Source of the DNA: Cetorhinus maximus
Lineage: Eukaryota
DNA: 64,000 nucleotides
Direction of reading: 5' to 3'
NCBI RefSeq assembly: GCF_964194155.1
Contig: NC_135884.1
Location: 99,572,001 to 99,636,000, forward strand
Part shown: in pieces, positions 23,575-46,989 of the stretch
Layout: each line of letters begins with the position of its first letter
How positions within the stretch are numbered: the stretch's first letter is position 1
Made by a program: the position numbers and the translations under genes
The notes under the pieces: model-generated
The model's input: the letters and a program-made list of their open reading frames with translations, nothing else
What the model was told of the DNA's origin: nothing
The model's database searches: none

Positions 23575-26208
23575 CGTGGCTTCAGTCAATCCAGCAAAGT
23601 TTTTCTCACTAATATCCAGGGATTTGTGCCAAAATTGGGAGAGATACCACACAGATTAGCCATATGCACAAAATCACTCTTTCAGCCAAGGTCCCACATT
23701 CCTCCATCACCATTCCTGTGTATATTCTGTCCCACTGGCAGTGCAGACCTACCAGAGGAGTCAGAGGTCCACAGTCAGGGATGAGTGGCCTTGGGAGTCT
23801 CCAACATTGATTCTGAACCCAATAAAGTGTTATAGCATCAGGTCAAATAGAGACAAGGAAACTTCCTGCTGATTATCACCTACTGTCCACCTTCAGCTGA
23901 GGAATCAGTACCCTTCTCTGTTGAACCTTACTCAGGAGAAGCATTGAGGGTTAGCAAGGGCACAGAATGCACTCTGGGTGGGGGGTTTCAATGTCCATTA
24001 TCAAGGATGGCTCAGTAGCATCACTGCTGGCCAACTCCTGAGATCAGGGGGAAAACTTTCCACTGGTTGGAATCATACCTTGTACAAAGGAAGATAGCTG
24101 TCGTTGGCAGAGACCAATCATCTCAGCCCCAGGGCACCACTGCAGGAGTTCCCCTGGGCAGCAGCCAATGTCCAACCATCTTCAAGTGCTTCATTAACTT
24201 CCCTCATCATAATGTCAGCGTGCTGATGATTGCATAGTATTAGTTCCATTTGCACTTCTCAGATACTGAAGCAGTCCATACCCACCTACAGCAAGGTCTG
24301 GATAACATTCAGGTTTTGAATGTCCTTGACATTCATTGGCGTTACCATTGCTGAATCACCTACATCTTGGGGTTATCGTTGACTAAAAACTTAATTGGGC
24401 CAGCCACGTAAATACTGAGGCTACAAGGGCAAGTCAGGTGTGTGATGGAATACTCTCCACTTGCCTAGATGAATGAAGCTCCAACAACACTGAGAAAGCT
24501 CAGCACCATTCAGGGCAAAGTAGCCTGCTTGATCAGCACTACCATCAACCACCTTAAACATTCACTCACTCTATCACCAGTGCAACATGGGGCTGAATTC
24601 TCCGTTCGGCAAGCAGGGGCGGGGCCTACTCGGCGACACGTAAAATGGTGCACGGTGGTGTTGGGCGGGCATCCCGATGTCACCGAGCGTCATTTAGATT
24701 TCCAGCGCGGCGGGTGCGCAGCCAACTCGGCTCTGTGCCTCACCAAACTGTCAAAGACCTATTAAAGCCTGTTAAAAACTAATTTAAGCAATTAAATGAG
24801 CTGCCTGTCCAACTGTAAGGTTGGCGGGCTGGCGGAGAGCCCAGGTGGCCTTCGCATTTTTCATGAAACCTCATCCACAAGTTTGATGAGGTTTCATGAA
24901 ACGTTTTAAAATTCAATAAAAACTTTAAAAATAATTCTTTGACATGTCCCAGCTCATGTGACAGGGCAGAATTTTGCCCTTGATGGGTGGGCAGGCCCCA
25001 CCGGCTCGGCGACGGGCGGGCAGCCGATAGCCGCCACCGAAACAGGCCCCGCCGCCATTTTAAGCAGTCAGCCAATTAAAGCCCAGCAGCCTGCCCAACA
25101 GGAAGAGCTATGTGCTTCCTGTGTTGGGGGGGGGAGGGATACCCCAACTGTCAAAGTGCGCTCTTTCGCGCATGTGTGTGAAAGAGCGCACAGCTCCCTG
25201 AGACTAAGTGCTGTCTCAGGGAGATTAATGACAGTCTAAAAAACTTTAAAAATAGAAAAATAAAAAAATTAACATGTCCCCCTCACGTGACAATGTCACA
25301 CGAGATGGGGCATGTTAATAAATATGACTAAAACTTTATTAAACTTTTTAAAAACAGACATGAAACCTCATCCCGCCAGTGGATGAGGTTTCGTGTTTGT
25401 TCAGAAGCCCGCTGGGGCTCCTGGCCTGCCCGCCAGCCTTAAGGTTGGACGGGCAGGGCCTTTAATTGCCGTAATGATCCTGTCAATGGCCTCAATTGGC
25501 CATTGACAGGTCGGCGGGCCCGCAGCTGATTTCACTGTCCGCCCGCCTTTCTGAATATTTAAATTGGGTGGGATGACATTGGGGATTCCCCCTGACGTCA
25601 TCCTGCATTATTTTACGTATCAGCGAGCGGTCCCCGCCCCCAACTCGCCGACAGAAAAATTCAGGCCAGAGTGTCACATGAGGGGGCATGGTTTAAAAGT
25701 TTTTAATTATTTTATTTCAGTTTTTAATATATAAAACTGATCTCCCTGAGGTACCTCTGTGCCTCAGGGAGATTTCTGCGCTCTTTCATGTGCATGCGCG
25801 AAAGAGCGCAGGCCCCGACTCAGGGAATGTCCCCTCTCCCCCACCCACATAGCGCTTTTGGGCGAGCATCATGCTGGGCGGGCCTTAATTGGCTCACCCA
25901 CGTAAAATGGCGGTGTGATCCCAATCAGGGGTGCTGATCGGGTTCACGCCCACCCCTGCCTGCCCCCCACACAACTACCCCCCAAAGGGTGGAAAATTTT
26001 TTCCATGGTTTCAGGTACTATCTACAAAGTGCATTGTAACAACTCACCAAGCACCATTTTGACAGCAGCTTCCAAACCTGTAAACTCTACCACCTAGAAG
26101 AACAGGGACAGTAAGCACATGGAAGCACCACCACCTTCTTGTTGTCTTTCAAGTTGCAAACCATCCTGATTTGGAACTTCACTGTCACTGGGTCAAAACC
26201 CCTGAACT
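23575..26208 (+). mobile_element. Highly decayed CR1/L2-type LINE carrying nested MITEs; from 23822 onward it is repeated in units 2 and 3
   Basis: TNIQGFVPKLGE (endonuclease-like start), APTTLRKLSTIQGKVACLI, and a 3' tail homologous to the minus-strand LINE at 26321-27634. Confidence 0.7.
24590..26004. mobile_element. MITE (TSD ATG) containing a second, inverted MITE at 24964-25667 (TSD ACA/AGA)
   Basis: Outer TIRs GGGCTGAATTCT and AAAATTTTTTCC; inner TIRs GGGCAGAATTTT and AAAATTCAGGCC. Confidence 0.88.
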
Positions 26209-26320
26209 GCAATGACAAAAGCCTGAACTGTCTCCATTCACAGTGGGAAAGAAGAGAGTGTTTATCAAAGTGAATTCCATTGCCCAACTGAGATGGCCAT
26301 AATTTAGAGTATAATTTATT

Positions 26321-27634
26321 TTTTATTCATTCACAGGATGTGCGTTTCGCTGACTAGGCCGGCATTTATTGCCCATCCCTAGTTGCCCATGAGAAGGTGG
26401 TGGTGAGTTGCCTTCTAAAACCGCTGCAGTCCATGTGGTGTAGGTACACCCACAGTGCTGTTAGGAAGGGAGTTCTAGGATTTTGACCCAGCGACAGTGA
26501 AGGAATGGCGATATATTTCCAAGTCAGGATGGCGAGCGACTTGGAGGGGAACGTCCAGGTGGTGGTGTTCCCACGTACCTGCTGCCCTTGTCCTTCTAGA
26601 TGGTAGTGGTCGTGGGTTTGGAAGGTGCTGTCTAAGGAGCTTTGGAGAATTTCTGCATTGCATCTTGTAGATGGTACACACTGCTGCTACTGTGCATCAG
26701 TGGTGTAGGGAACGAATGTTTGTGGATGTGGTGCCAATCAAGTGGGCTTTGTCCTGGACGGTGTCCAGCTTCTTGAGTGTTGTAGGAGCTGCACTCTTCC
26801 AGGCAAGTGGGGAGTATTGAATCACACTCCTGACTTGTGGCTTGTAGATGGTGAACAGGCTTTGGGGAGTCAGGAGGTGAGTCACTCATCTCACTATTGC
26901 TAGCTCTGACCTGCTCTTGTCGCCACAGTATTTATATGGCTAGTCCAATTCAGTTTCTGATCAATGGTAACCCCCAGGATGTTGATAGTGGGAGATTCAG
27001 TGGTGGTAATGCCATTGGAACATTAGGGCCATTGGTTGTATTCATTGGAGATGATCATTGCCTGACACTTGTGTGACACGAATGTTACTTGCCACTTGTC
27101 AGCTGAAGCCTGGATATTGTTAAGGTCTTGCTGCATATGGACATGGACTGCTTCAGCATCTGAGGAGTCACAAATGATGCTGAAAATTGTGCAATCCTCA
27201 GATCATCAGCGAACATCCTCACTTCTGACCTTATGATGGAAGGAAGGTCATTGATGAAGCAGCTGAAGATGGTTGGGCCTAGGACACTACCCTGAGGAAC
27301 CTCTGCAGTGATGTCCTGGAGCTGAGATGACTGACCTCCAACAACCACAACCATCTTCCTTTGTGCTAGGTATGACTCCAATCGTCAGAGAGTTTTCCCC
27401 CTGATTCCCATTGACTCCAGTTTTGCTTGGGCACCTTGATGCCACACTCGGTCAAATGCTGCCTTGATGTCAAGGACAGTCACTCACCTCACCTCGGGTT
27501 CAGCTCTTTTGTCCATGTTTGAACCAAGTCTGTTATGAGGTCAGGAGCTGAGTGATCCTGGCAGAACCCAAACTGGGCATCAGTGAGCAGGTTATTGCTA
27601 AGCAAGTGCCACTTTAAAGCACTGTTGATGACCC
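26321..27634 (-). mobile_element. CR1/L2-type LINE 3' fragment (RT remnant)
   Basis: VPQGSVLGPTIFSCFINDLPSIIRSEVRMFADD and IYKPQVRSVIQYSPLAW; tail ends (TGAA)nTAAAA on the minus strand. Confidence 0.9.
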
Positions 27635-28060
27635 CAATGGGGAATTGTTCACTTTATTCCAATTCCCCATTGCTCAGGTTACTGAAGATCCGTTAACTTT
27701 GCTTTGAAGTTCAAAAGGTTTACATTTAAAACAATTTTTGGTCCATGCTGTAACAGTGAAGTTTATATCCACAGATTCGCACTTGCTGATCTTGACCAGG
27801 CTGTGAGGTAATGATTGAGATGAAACATTTCTTCACAGGAAAGAAGGGAAGTCAAGGTGTCTATTCTCAATGGCCAGTAACAGAGCAACATATACAGAAA
27901 GGAGTCTGGTGAATGCAATCACTAAGGTTTAGAACCACAAAGATCTCATAGCCTGCTAACCAAATTATATTTTATAAAAATTCCCTATAATAGTACCAGC
28001 TGGGATCTGTGTAGCACTGACCTGTGTTGGGTGTTTAAACCCATGGACAAGCACACTTCA

Positions 28061-29023
28061 GTGCAGTATTGAAAGAGTGCTACATTATTGAAGGGTGCTG
28101 CACTATTGGAGGTGCTGCATTATTGAAGGAGTGCTGCATTATTTGAGGTGTGCTGCATTATTAGAGGAGTGCTGTATTATTGGAGGAGTTCTGCGTTATT
28201 GAAGGAGTGCTGCATTATTGGAAGAGTGTGGCATTATTGGATGAGCACTGCATTACTGAAGGAGTGCTGCATTATTGGAGGAGTGCTGCATTATTGGAGG
28301 AGTGCTGCATTATTGGAGCATTGCTGCATTTTTGAAGGAGTCTTGCATTATTGGAGGAGCGCTGCATTATTGAAGTAGTGTTGCATTATTGGAGGAGTGC
28401 TGCATTATTGGAGGAGTGCTGCATTATTGGAGGAGTGCTGTATTATTGGAGGAGCGGTGCATTATTGGAGAAGTGCTGCATTATTTGAGATGCTGCATTA
28501 TTGAAGGAGTGCTGCATTATTGAAGGAGTGCTGCATTATTGAAGGAGTGCTACATTGTTGAAGGAGTGCTGCATTATTGAACGAGTGCTACATTGTTGAA
28601 GGAGTGCTGCATTATTGAAGGAGTGCTGCATTATTGGAGCAGTACTGTATTATTGAAGAAGTGCTGCATTATTGCAGGAATGTGGCATTGTTGGAGGTGT
28701 GCTGCATTATTGAAGGAGCATTGCATTATTGGAGGAGAGCTGCATTATTAAAGGAGTGCTGCATTATTGGATTATTGAAGGAGTGCATTATTGGAGGAGT
28801 GCTGCATTATGGAAGGAATGCTGCATTATTGGAGGCGCTGCATTATTGGAGGAGTGCTGTATTATTGGAGGAGTGCTGCATTATTAGAGGAGTGCTGCAT
28901 TATTGGAGGTGCTGCATTATTGAAGGGGTGCTGCATTATTGGATGAGTGCTGCATTATTGGAGGTGCTGCATTATTGAAGGAGTGCTGCATTATTGGAGG
29001 AGTGCTGCATTATTGGAGGTGCT
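28061..29023 (+). repeat. 19-bp minisatellite (GGAGGAGTGCTGCATTATT)n inside a SINE, ~963 bp
   Basis: Directly visible tandem array with GAAGG and 17-bp variants; SINE 3' half follows at 29030-29285. Confidence 0.95.
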
Positions 29024-29755
29024 CCATTTTAGATACACAGATGAAAGGAAGAGATCCCACAGTACAATTTAAAGAAGAGTTGGTGAATTATCCCTTTCAC
29101 CACAGCAAAAAAAAGACGATTAGCTGGTTGTTTATCTCACTGCTGTTTGTGGAATCTTGAGCAAATTGCTTTGCCTAAATAACAGAAGTGATGAGACCTT
29201 TTTTTAAAAAAGGTCATTTATTCACTACAAATTATTTTGGGAAATGCTGGGGACCTGAAAGATGTTTTATAAATGTAAGTTATTTAATTTCTATCTACAA
29301 TCTAGGTCAATCTCCACTAATGCCTTACTTGTATACTTGTATATAAAACTTGGAAGTAAATTACGGTGAGTTTATTGTAATTATGTTGCTTGTTGCATAA
29401 CAACTTGAAATATGCAATTTTATCCACTACCTTCAAAATAGTCAGGTGTAAAAAAAATCTTCCATTAGTTGAATTTATTTGCTACCTAGTAAAATGGAAA
29501 CTTTTTCAAGGCCATATTCTTTTATATCTGTTTGGACATCTATTATTTCTTAGATATGTGCCTTTGACTTTTGATTAATCATCTATATTCTTTCCGTTGA
29601 ACAGCATGAATGTACCCACAGTTTTTTTTTCACCTAGTGATATTTTTACTCATTTATTCACATACCCTGCAATTAATTAGTTTACTTTAGAAGAAGTATA
29701 GATTGAGTAAATGCTCAGAATTCTATCTACTAGATATCCAACGTCACAGCTCAAC

Positions 29756-29763
29756 TATATAAA
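29756..29763 (+). promoter_or_regulatory. TATA box, copy A (also 41750-41757 and 53707-53714)
   Basis: TATATAAA about 40 bp upstream of the ATG (context GCCATGG). Confidence 0.75.
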
Positions 29764-29800
29764 GTCATAGCTGTAACCATCAAACCCTCGAACTAAAGCC

Positions 29801-34994
<5,194 letters not shown>

Positions 34995-35019
34995 AAGAAT
35001 ATCTATATCATAGAATTCA

Positions 35020-35025
35020 AATAAA
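35020..35025 (+). terminator. Polyadenylation signal of copy A (copy B: 47015-47020)
   Basis: AATAAA 25 bp after the stop codon. Confidence 0.7.
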
Positions 35026-36021
35026 ATAATTAGCAGCTGTTTATCGTTGTCAGAGTTTTTCTTGTAATTGAAGTACATGAGAACTGAGGTGTTAGTAAGA
35101 ATGCCTTTGAGCAGAAACTAAATACTTCACAGGGAAACAGATGTACGGCTGGAGTAGTGACATAGTAATGTCCCATCACCAATATTATGAGCAGGGATGA
35201 CGAGAGCCCCCAGCCGCAAGCGCAGCTCCAGTTTTTGAGTTTTTGATGTGTTGATAAAGTGTTATAGCATCAGGTCAAGCAGAGACAAGGAAACTTCCTG
35301 CTGATTATCACCTACTGTCCACCTTCAGCTGAGGAATCAGTACCCCTCTCTGTTGAACCTTACTCAGGAGAAGCATTGAGGGTTAGCAAGGGCACAGAAT
35401 GCACTCTGGGTGGGGGGTTTCAATGTCCATTATCAAGGATGGCTCAGTAGCATCACTGCTGGCCAACTCCTGAGATCAGGGGGAAAACTTTCCACTGGTT
35501 GGAATCATACCTTGTACAAAGGAAGATAGCTGTCGTTGGCAGAGACCAATCATCTCAGCCCCAGGGCACCACTGCAGGAGTTCCCCTGGGCAGCAGCCAA
35601 TGTCCAACCATCTTCAAGTGCTTCATTAACTTCCCTCATCATAATGTCAGCGTGCTGATGATTGCATAGTATTAGTTCCATTTGCACTTCTCAGATACTG
35701 AAGCAGTCCATACCCACCTACAGCAAGGTCTGGATAACATTCAGGTTTTGAACGTCCTTGACATTCATTGGCGTTACCATTGCTGAATCACCTACATCTT
35801 GGGGTTATCGCTGACTAAAAACTTAATTGGGCCAGCCACGTAAATACTGAGGCTACAAGGGCAAGTCAGGTGTGTGATGGAATACTCTCCACTTGCCTAG
35901 ATGAATGAAGCTCCAACAACACTGAGAAAGCTCAGCACCATTCAGGGCAAAGTAGCCTGCTTGATCAGCACTACCATCAACCACCTTAAACATTCACTCA
36001 CTCTATCACCAGTGCAACATG

Positions 36022-37412
36022 GGGCTGAATTCTCCGTTCGGCAAGCAGGGGCGGGGCCTACTCGGCGACACGTAAAATGGTGCACGGTGGTGTTGGGCGG
36101 GCATCCCGATGTCACCGAGCGTCATTTAGATTTCCAGCGCGGCGGGTGCGCAGCCAACTCGGCTCTGTGCCTCACCAAACTGTCAAAGACCTATTAAAGC
36201 CTGTTAAAAACTAATTTAAGCAATTAAATGAGCTGCCTGTCCAACTGTAAGGTTGGCGGGCTGGCGGAGAGCCCAGGTGGCCTTCGCATTTTTCATGAAA
36301 CCTCATCCACAAGTTTGATGAGGTTTCATGAAACGTTTTAAAATTCAATAAAAACTTTAAAAATAATTCTTTGACATGTCCCAGCTCATGTGACAGGGCA
36401 GAATTTTGCCCTTGATGGGTGGGCAGGCCCCACCGGCTCGGCGACGGGCGGGCAGCCGATAGCCGCCACCGAAACAGGCCCCGCCGCCATTTTAAGCAGT
36501 CAGCCAATTAAAGCCCAGCAGCCTGCCCAACAGGAAGAGCTATGTGCTTCCTGTGTTGGGGGTGGGGAGGGATTCCCCAACTGTCAAAGTGCGCTCTTTC
36601 GCGCATGTGTGTGAAACAGCGGACAGCTCTCTGAGACTAAGTGCTGTCTCAGGGAGATTACTGACAGTCTAAAAAACTTTAAAAATAGAAAAATAAAAAA
36701 ATTATTAACATGTCCCCCTCATGTGAAAATGTCACACGAGATGGGACATGCTAATAAATATGGCTAAAACTTTATTAAACTTTGTAAAAACAGACATGAA
36801 ACCTCATCCCGCCAATGGATGATGTTTCGTGTTTGTTCAGAAGCCCGCTGGGGCTCCTGGCCTACCCGCCAGCCTTAAGGTTGGACGGGCAGGGCCTTTA
36901 ATTGCCGTAATGATCCTGTCAATGGCCTCAATTGGCTGATTTCGCTGACCGCCCGCCTTTCTGAATATTTAAATTGGGTGGAATGACATTGGGGATTCCC
37001 CCTGACGTCATCCTGCATTATTTTACGTATCAGCGAGCGGTCCCCGCCCCCAACTCGCCGACAGAAAAATTCAGGCCAGAGTGTCACATGAGGGGGCATG
37101 GTTTAAAAGTTTTTAATTATTTTATTTCAGTTTTTAATATATCAAACTGATCTCCCTGAGGTACCTCTGTGCCTCAGGGAGATTTCTGCGCTCTTTCATG
37201 TGCATGCGCGAAAGAGCGCAGGCCCCGACTCAGGGAATGTCCCCCCCCCCACCCACATAGTGCTTTTGGGCGAGCATCATGCTGGGCGGGCCTTAATTGG
37301 CCCACCCACGTAAAATGGAGGTGTGACCCCAATATGGGGTGCTGATTGGGTTAATGCCCACCCCTGCCTGCCCCCCACACAACTCCCCCTCAAAGGTTGG
37401 AAAATTTTTTCC
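36022..37412. mobile_element. Nested MITE pair, unit 2 (inner 36396-37077)
   Basis: Copy of 24590-26004 with a private 26-bp deletion near 36936. Confidence 0.85.
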
Positions 37413-38116
37413 ATGGTTTCAGAGTGTGCTATCTACAAAGTGCATTGTAACAACTCACCAAGCACCATTTTGACAGCACCTTCCAAACCTGTAAACTCTA
37501 CCACCTAGAAGAACAGGGACAGTAAGCACATGGAAGCACCACCACCTTCTTGTTGTCTTTCAAGCTGCAAACCATCCTGATTTGGAACTTCACTGTCACT
37601 GGGTCAAAACCCCTGAACTCCCTCCCTATCACAACACTGTGGAAGCACCTTTAGCACACAGACTGCAGTGTTCAAGAAGGCAGTTGCCGACCATCTACTA
37701 GGGCATTTAGGGGTAGGTAATAAACACTGTCCTTGCCAGTGATATCCACATCCGTAAATAAATTAAAAGAAACACACCCAAAACTGATTGTTACTCGGCA
37801 AAGTAAGGCCACACATCATTTTGGAATACAATACAATTTTCAAAAGTACAACAATTCCATGAGGCCTTGCTCCATGTACAGCTAATTAAGGTAGTTCACA
37901 TTAAATAATAACTTTACTATAGAAGCGATATGAGAGCTGCATCATGATCACCCATTTTCCCTGTAACCTATGGCCAGGTAGCCAGGCAGAAACCACTGAG
38001 AACTGCAATGACAAAAGCCTGAACTGTCTCCATTCACAGTGGGAAAGAAGAGAGTGTTTATCAAAGTGAATTCCATTGCCCAACTGAGATGGCCAAAGTT
38101 TAGAGTATAATTTATT

Positions 38117-39183
38117 TTTTATTCATTCACGGGATGTGCGTTTCGCTGACTAGGCCGGCATTTATTGCCCATCCCTAGTTGCCCATGAGAAGGTGATGGT
38201 GAGTTGCCTTCTAAAACCGCTGCAGTCCATGTGGTGTAGGTACACCCACAGTGCTGTTAGGAAGAGGGTTCTAGGATTTTGACCCAGCGACAGTGAAGGA
38301 ATGGCGATATATTTCCAAGTCAGGATGGTGAGTGACTTGGAGGGGAACGTCCAGGTGGTGGTGTTCCCATGTACCTGCTGCCCTTGTCCTTCTAGATGGT
38401 AGTGGTCGTGGGTTTGGAAGGTGCTGTCTAAGGAGCTTTGGAGAATTTCTGCAGTGCATCTTGTAGATGGTACACACTGCTGCTACTGTGCATCAGTGGT
38501 GTAGGGAACGAATGTTTGTGGATGTGGTGCCAATCAAGTGGGCTTTGTCCTGGACGGTGTCCAGCTTCTTGAGTGTTGTAGGAGCTGCACTCTTCCAGGC
38601 AAGTGGGTAGTATTCCATCACACTCCTGACTTGTGGCTTGCCACTTGTCAGCCGATGCCTGGATATTGTTAAGGTCTTGCTGCATATGGACATGGACTGC
38701 TTCAGCATCTGAGGAGTCACAAATGGTGCTGAAAATTGTGCAATCCTCAGATCATCAGCGAACATCCTCACTTCTGACCTTATGATGGAAGGAAGGTCAT
38801 TGATGAAGCAGCTGAAGATGGTTGGGCCTAGGACACTACCCTGAGGAACCTCTGCAGTGATGTCCTGGAGCTGAGATGACTGACCTCCAACAACCACAAC
38901 CATCTTCCTTTGTGCTAGGTATGACTCCAATCGTCAGAGAGTTTTCCCCCTGATTCCCATTGACTCCAGTTTTGCTTGGGCACCTTGATGCCACACTCGG
39001 TCAAATGCTGCCTTGATGTCAAGGACAGTCACTCACCTCACCTCGGGTTCAGCTCTTTTGTCCATGTTTGAACCAAGTCTGTTATGAGGTCAGGAGCTGA
39101 GTGATCCTGGCAGAACCCAAACTGGGCATCAGTGAGCAGGTTATTGCTAAGCAAGTGCCACTTTGAAGCACTGTTGATGACCC
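38117..39183 (-). mobile_element. CR1/L2-type LINE fragment, unit 2
   Basis: Copy of 26321-27634 with a 247-bp internal deletion. Confidence 0.88.
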
Positions 39184-39609
39184 CAATGGGGAATTGTTCA
39201 CTTTATTCCAATTCCCCATTGCTCAGGTTACTGAAGATCCATTAACTTTGCTTTGAAGTTCAAAAGGTTTACATTTAAAACAATTTTTGGTCCATGCTGT
39301 AACAGTGAAGTTTATATCCACAGATTCGCACTTGCTGATCTTGACCAGGCTGTGAGGTAATGATTGAGATGAAGCATTCCTTCACAGGAAAGAAGGGAAG
39401 TCAAGGTGTCTATTCTCAATGGCCAGTAACAGAGCAACATATACAGAAAGGAGTCTGGTGAATGCAATCACTAAGGTTTAGAACCACAAAGATCTCATAG
39501 CCTGCTAACCAAATTATATTTTATAAAAATTCCCTATAATAGCACCAGCTTGGATCTGTGTAGCACTGACCTGTGTTGGGTGTTTAAACCCATGGACAAG
39601 CACACTTCG

Positions 39610-41018
39610 GTGCAGTATTGAAAGAGTGCTACATTATTGAAGGGTGCTGCACTATTGGAGGTGCTACATTATTGAAGGAGTGCTGCATTATTTGAGGTGT
39701 GCTGCATTATTAGAGGAGTGCTGCTTTATTGGAGGAGTGTTGCATTATTAGAGGAGTGCTGTATTATTGGAGGAGTTCTGCGTTATTGAAGGAGTGCTGC
39801 ATTATTGGAAGAGTGTGGCATTATTGGCATTACTGAAGGAGTGCTGCATTATTGGAGGAGTGCTGCATTATTGGAGGAGTGCTGCATTATTGGAGCATTG
39901 CTGCATTTTTGAAGGAGTCTTGCATTATTGGAGGAGCGCTGCATTATTGAAGTAGTGTTGCATTATTGGAGGAGTGCTGCATTATTGGAGGAGTGCTGCA
40001 TTATTGAAGGAGTACTGCATTATTGGAGGTGCTGCATTATTGGAGGAGTGTTGCATTATTGGAGGAGTGCTGCATTATTGGAGGTGCTGCATTATTGGAG
40101 GAGTGCTGTATTATTGGAGGAGTGCTGCATTATTGAAAGAGTGCTGCATTATTGAAAGAGTGCGGTATTATTGGATGAGCACTGCATTACTGAAGGAATG
40201 CTGCATTATTGGAGGAGTGTTGCATTATTGGAGGAGTGCTGCATTTTTGAAAGAGTCCTGTATTATTGCAGGAGCGGTGCATTATTGGAGAAGTGCTGCA
40301 TTATTTGAGATGCTGCATTATTGAAGGAGTGCTGCATTATTGGAGGAGTGCTGCATTATTGAAGGAGTGTTGCATTATTGGAGTGCTGCATTGTTGGATT
40401 ATTGAAGGAGTGCGTTGTTGAAAGAGTGCTGCATTATTGGAGGTGTGCTGCATTATTGAAGGAGTGCTGCATAATTGGAGGAGTGATGCATTATTGGAGG
40501 AGCACTGCATTACTGAAGGAGTGCTACATTATTGAAGGAGTGCTGCATTATTGCATGAGTGCTGCATTATTGAAGGAGTGCTGCATTATTGGAGCAGTAC
40601 TGTATTATTGAAGGAGTGCTGCATTATTGCAGGAATGCGGCATTGTTGGAGGTGTGCTGCATTATTGAAGGAGCATTGCATTATTGGAGGAGAGCTGCAT
40701 TATTAAAGGAGTGCTGCATTATTGGATTATTGAAGGATTGCATTATTGGAGGAGTGCTGCATTATGGAAGGAATGCTGCATTATTGGAGGAGTGCTGCAT
40801 TATTAGAGGAGTGCTGCATTATTGGAGGTGCTGCATTATTGAAGGGGTGCTGCATTATTGGAGGAGTGCTGCATTATTGAAGGGGTGCTGCATTATTGAA
40901 GGGGTGCTGCATTATTGGAGGAGTGCTGCATTATTGGAGGTGCTGCATTATTGAAGGGGTGCTGCATTATTGAAGGGGTGCTGCATTATTGGAGGAGTGC
41001 TGCATTATTGGAGGTGCT
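39610..41018 (+). repeat. 19-bp minisatellite, unit 2, ~1409 bp
   Basis: Same array, longer allele. Confidence 0.95.
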
Positions 41019-41794
41019 CCATTTTAGATACACAGATGAAAGGAAGAGATCCCACAGTACAATTTAAAGAAGAGTTGGAGAATTATCCCTTTCACCACAG
41101 CAAAAAAAGACGATTAGCTGGTTGTTTATCTCACTGCTGTTTGTGGAATCTTGAGCAAATTGCTTTGCCTAAATAACAAAAGTGATGAGACCTTTTTTTA
41201 AAAAAGGTCATTTATTCACTACAAATTATTTTGGGAAATGCTGGGGACCTGAAAGATGTTTTATAAATGTAAGTTATTTAATTTCTATCTACAATCTAGG
41301 TCAATCTCTACTAATGCCTTACTTGTATACTTGTATATAAAACTTGGAAGTAAATTATGGTGAGTTTATTGTAATTATGTTGCTTGTTGCATAACAACTT
41401 GAAATATGCAATTTTATCCACTACCTTCAAAATAGTCAGGTGTAAAAAAAATCTTCCATTAGTTGAATTTATTTGCTACCTAGTAAAATGGAAACTTTTT
41501 CAAGGCCATATTCTTTTATATCTGTTTGGACATCTATTATTTCTTAGATATGTGCCTTTGACTTTTGATTAATCATCTATATTCTTTCCGTTGAACGGCT
41601 TGAATGTACCCACAGTTTTTTTTTCACCTAGTGATATTTTTACTCATTTATTCACATACCCTGCAATTAATTAGTTTACTTTAGAAGAAGTATAGATTGA
41701 GTAAATGCTCAGAATTCTATCTACTAGATATCCAACGTCACAGCTCAACTATATAAAGTCATAGCTGTAACCATCAAACCCTCGAACTAAAGCC

Positions 41795-46989
<5,195 letters not shown>

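Noticed and set aside
28061-29023. Possible CRISPR-like array
   Set aside because: Repeats are contiguous with no unique spacers, there are no cas genes, and the DNA is intron-containing vertebrate sequence.
28148-29160. Cys/His/Trp-rich repetitive ORFs (ECCIIGGVLHYWRSAALL), also at 39767-41176 and 51781-53133
   Set aside because: They are translations of the 19-bp minisatellite. The period is not a multiple of 3, the same peptide appears in all frames, and stops are frequent.
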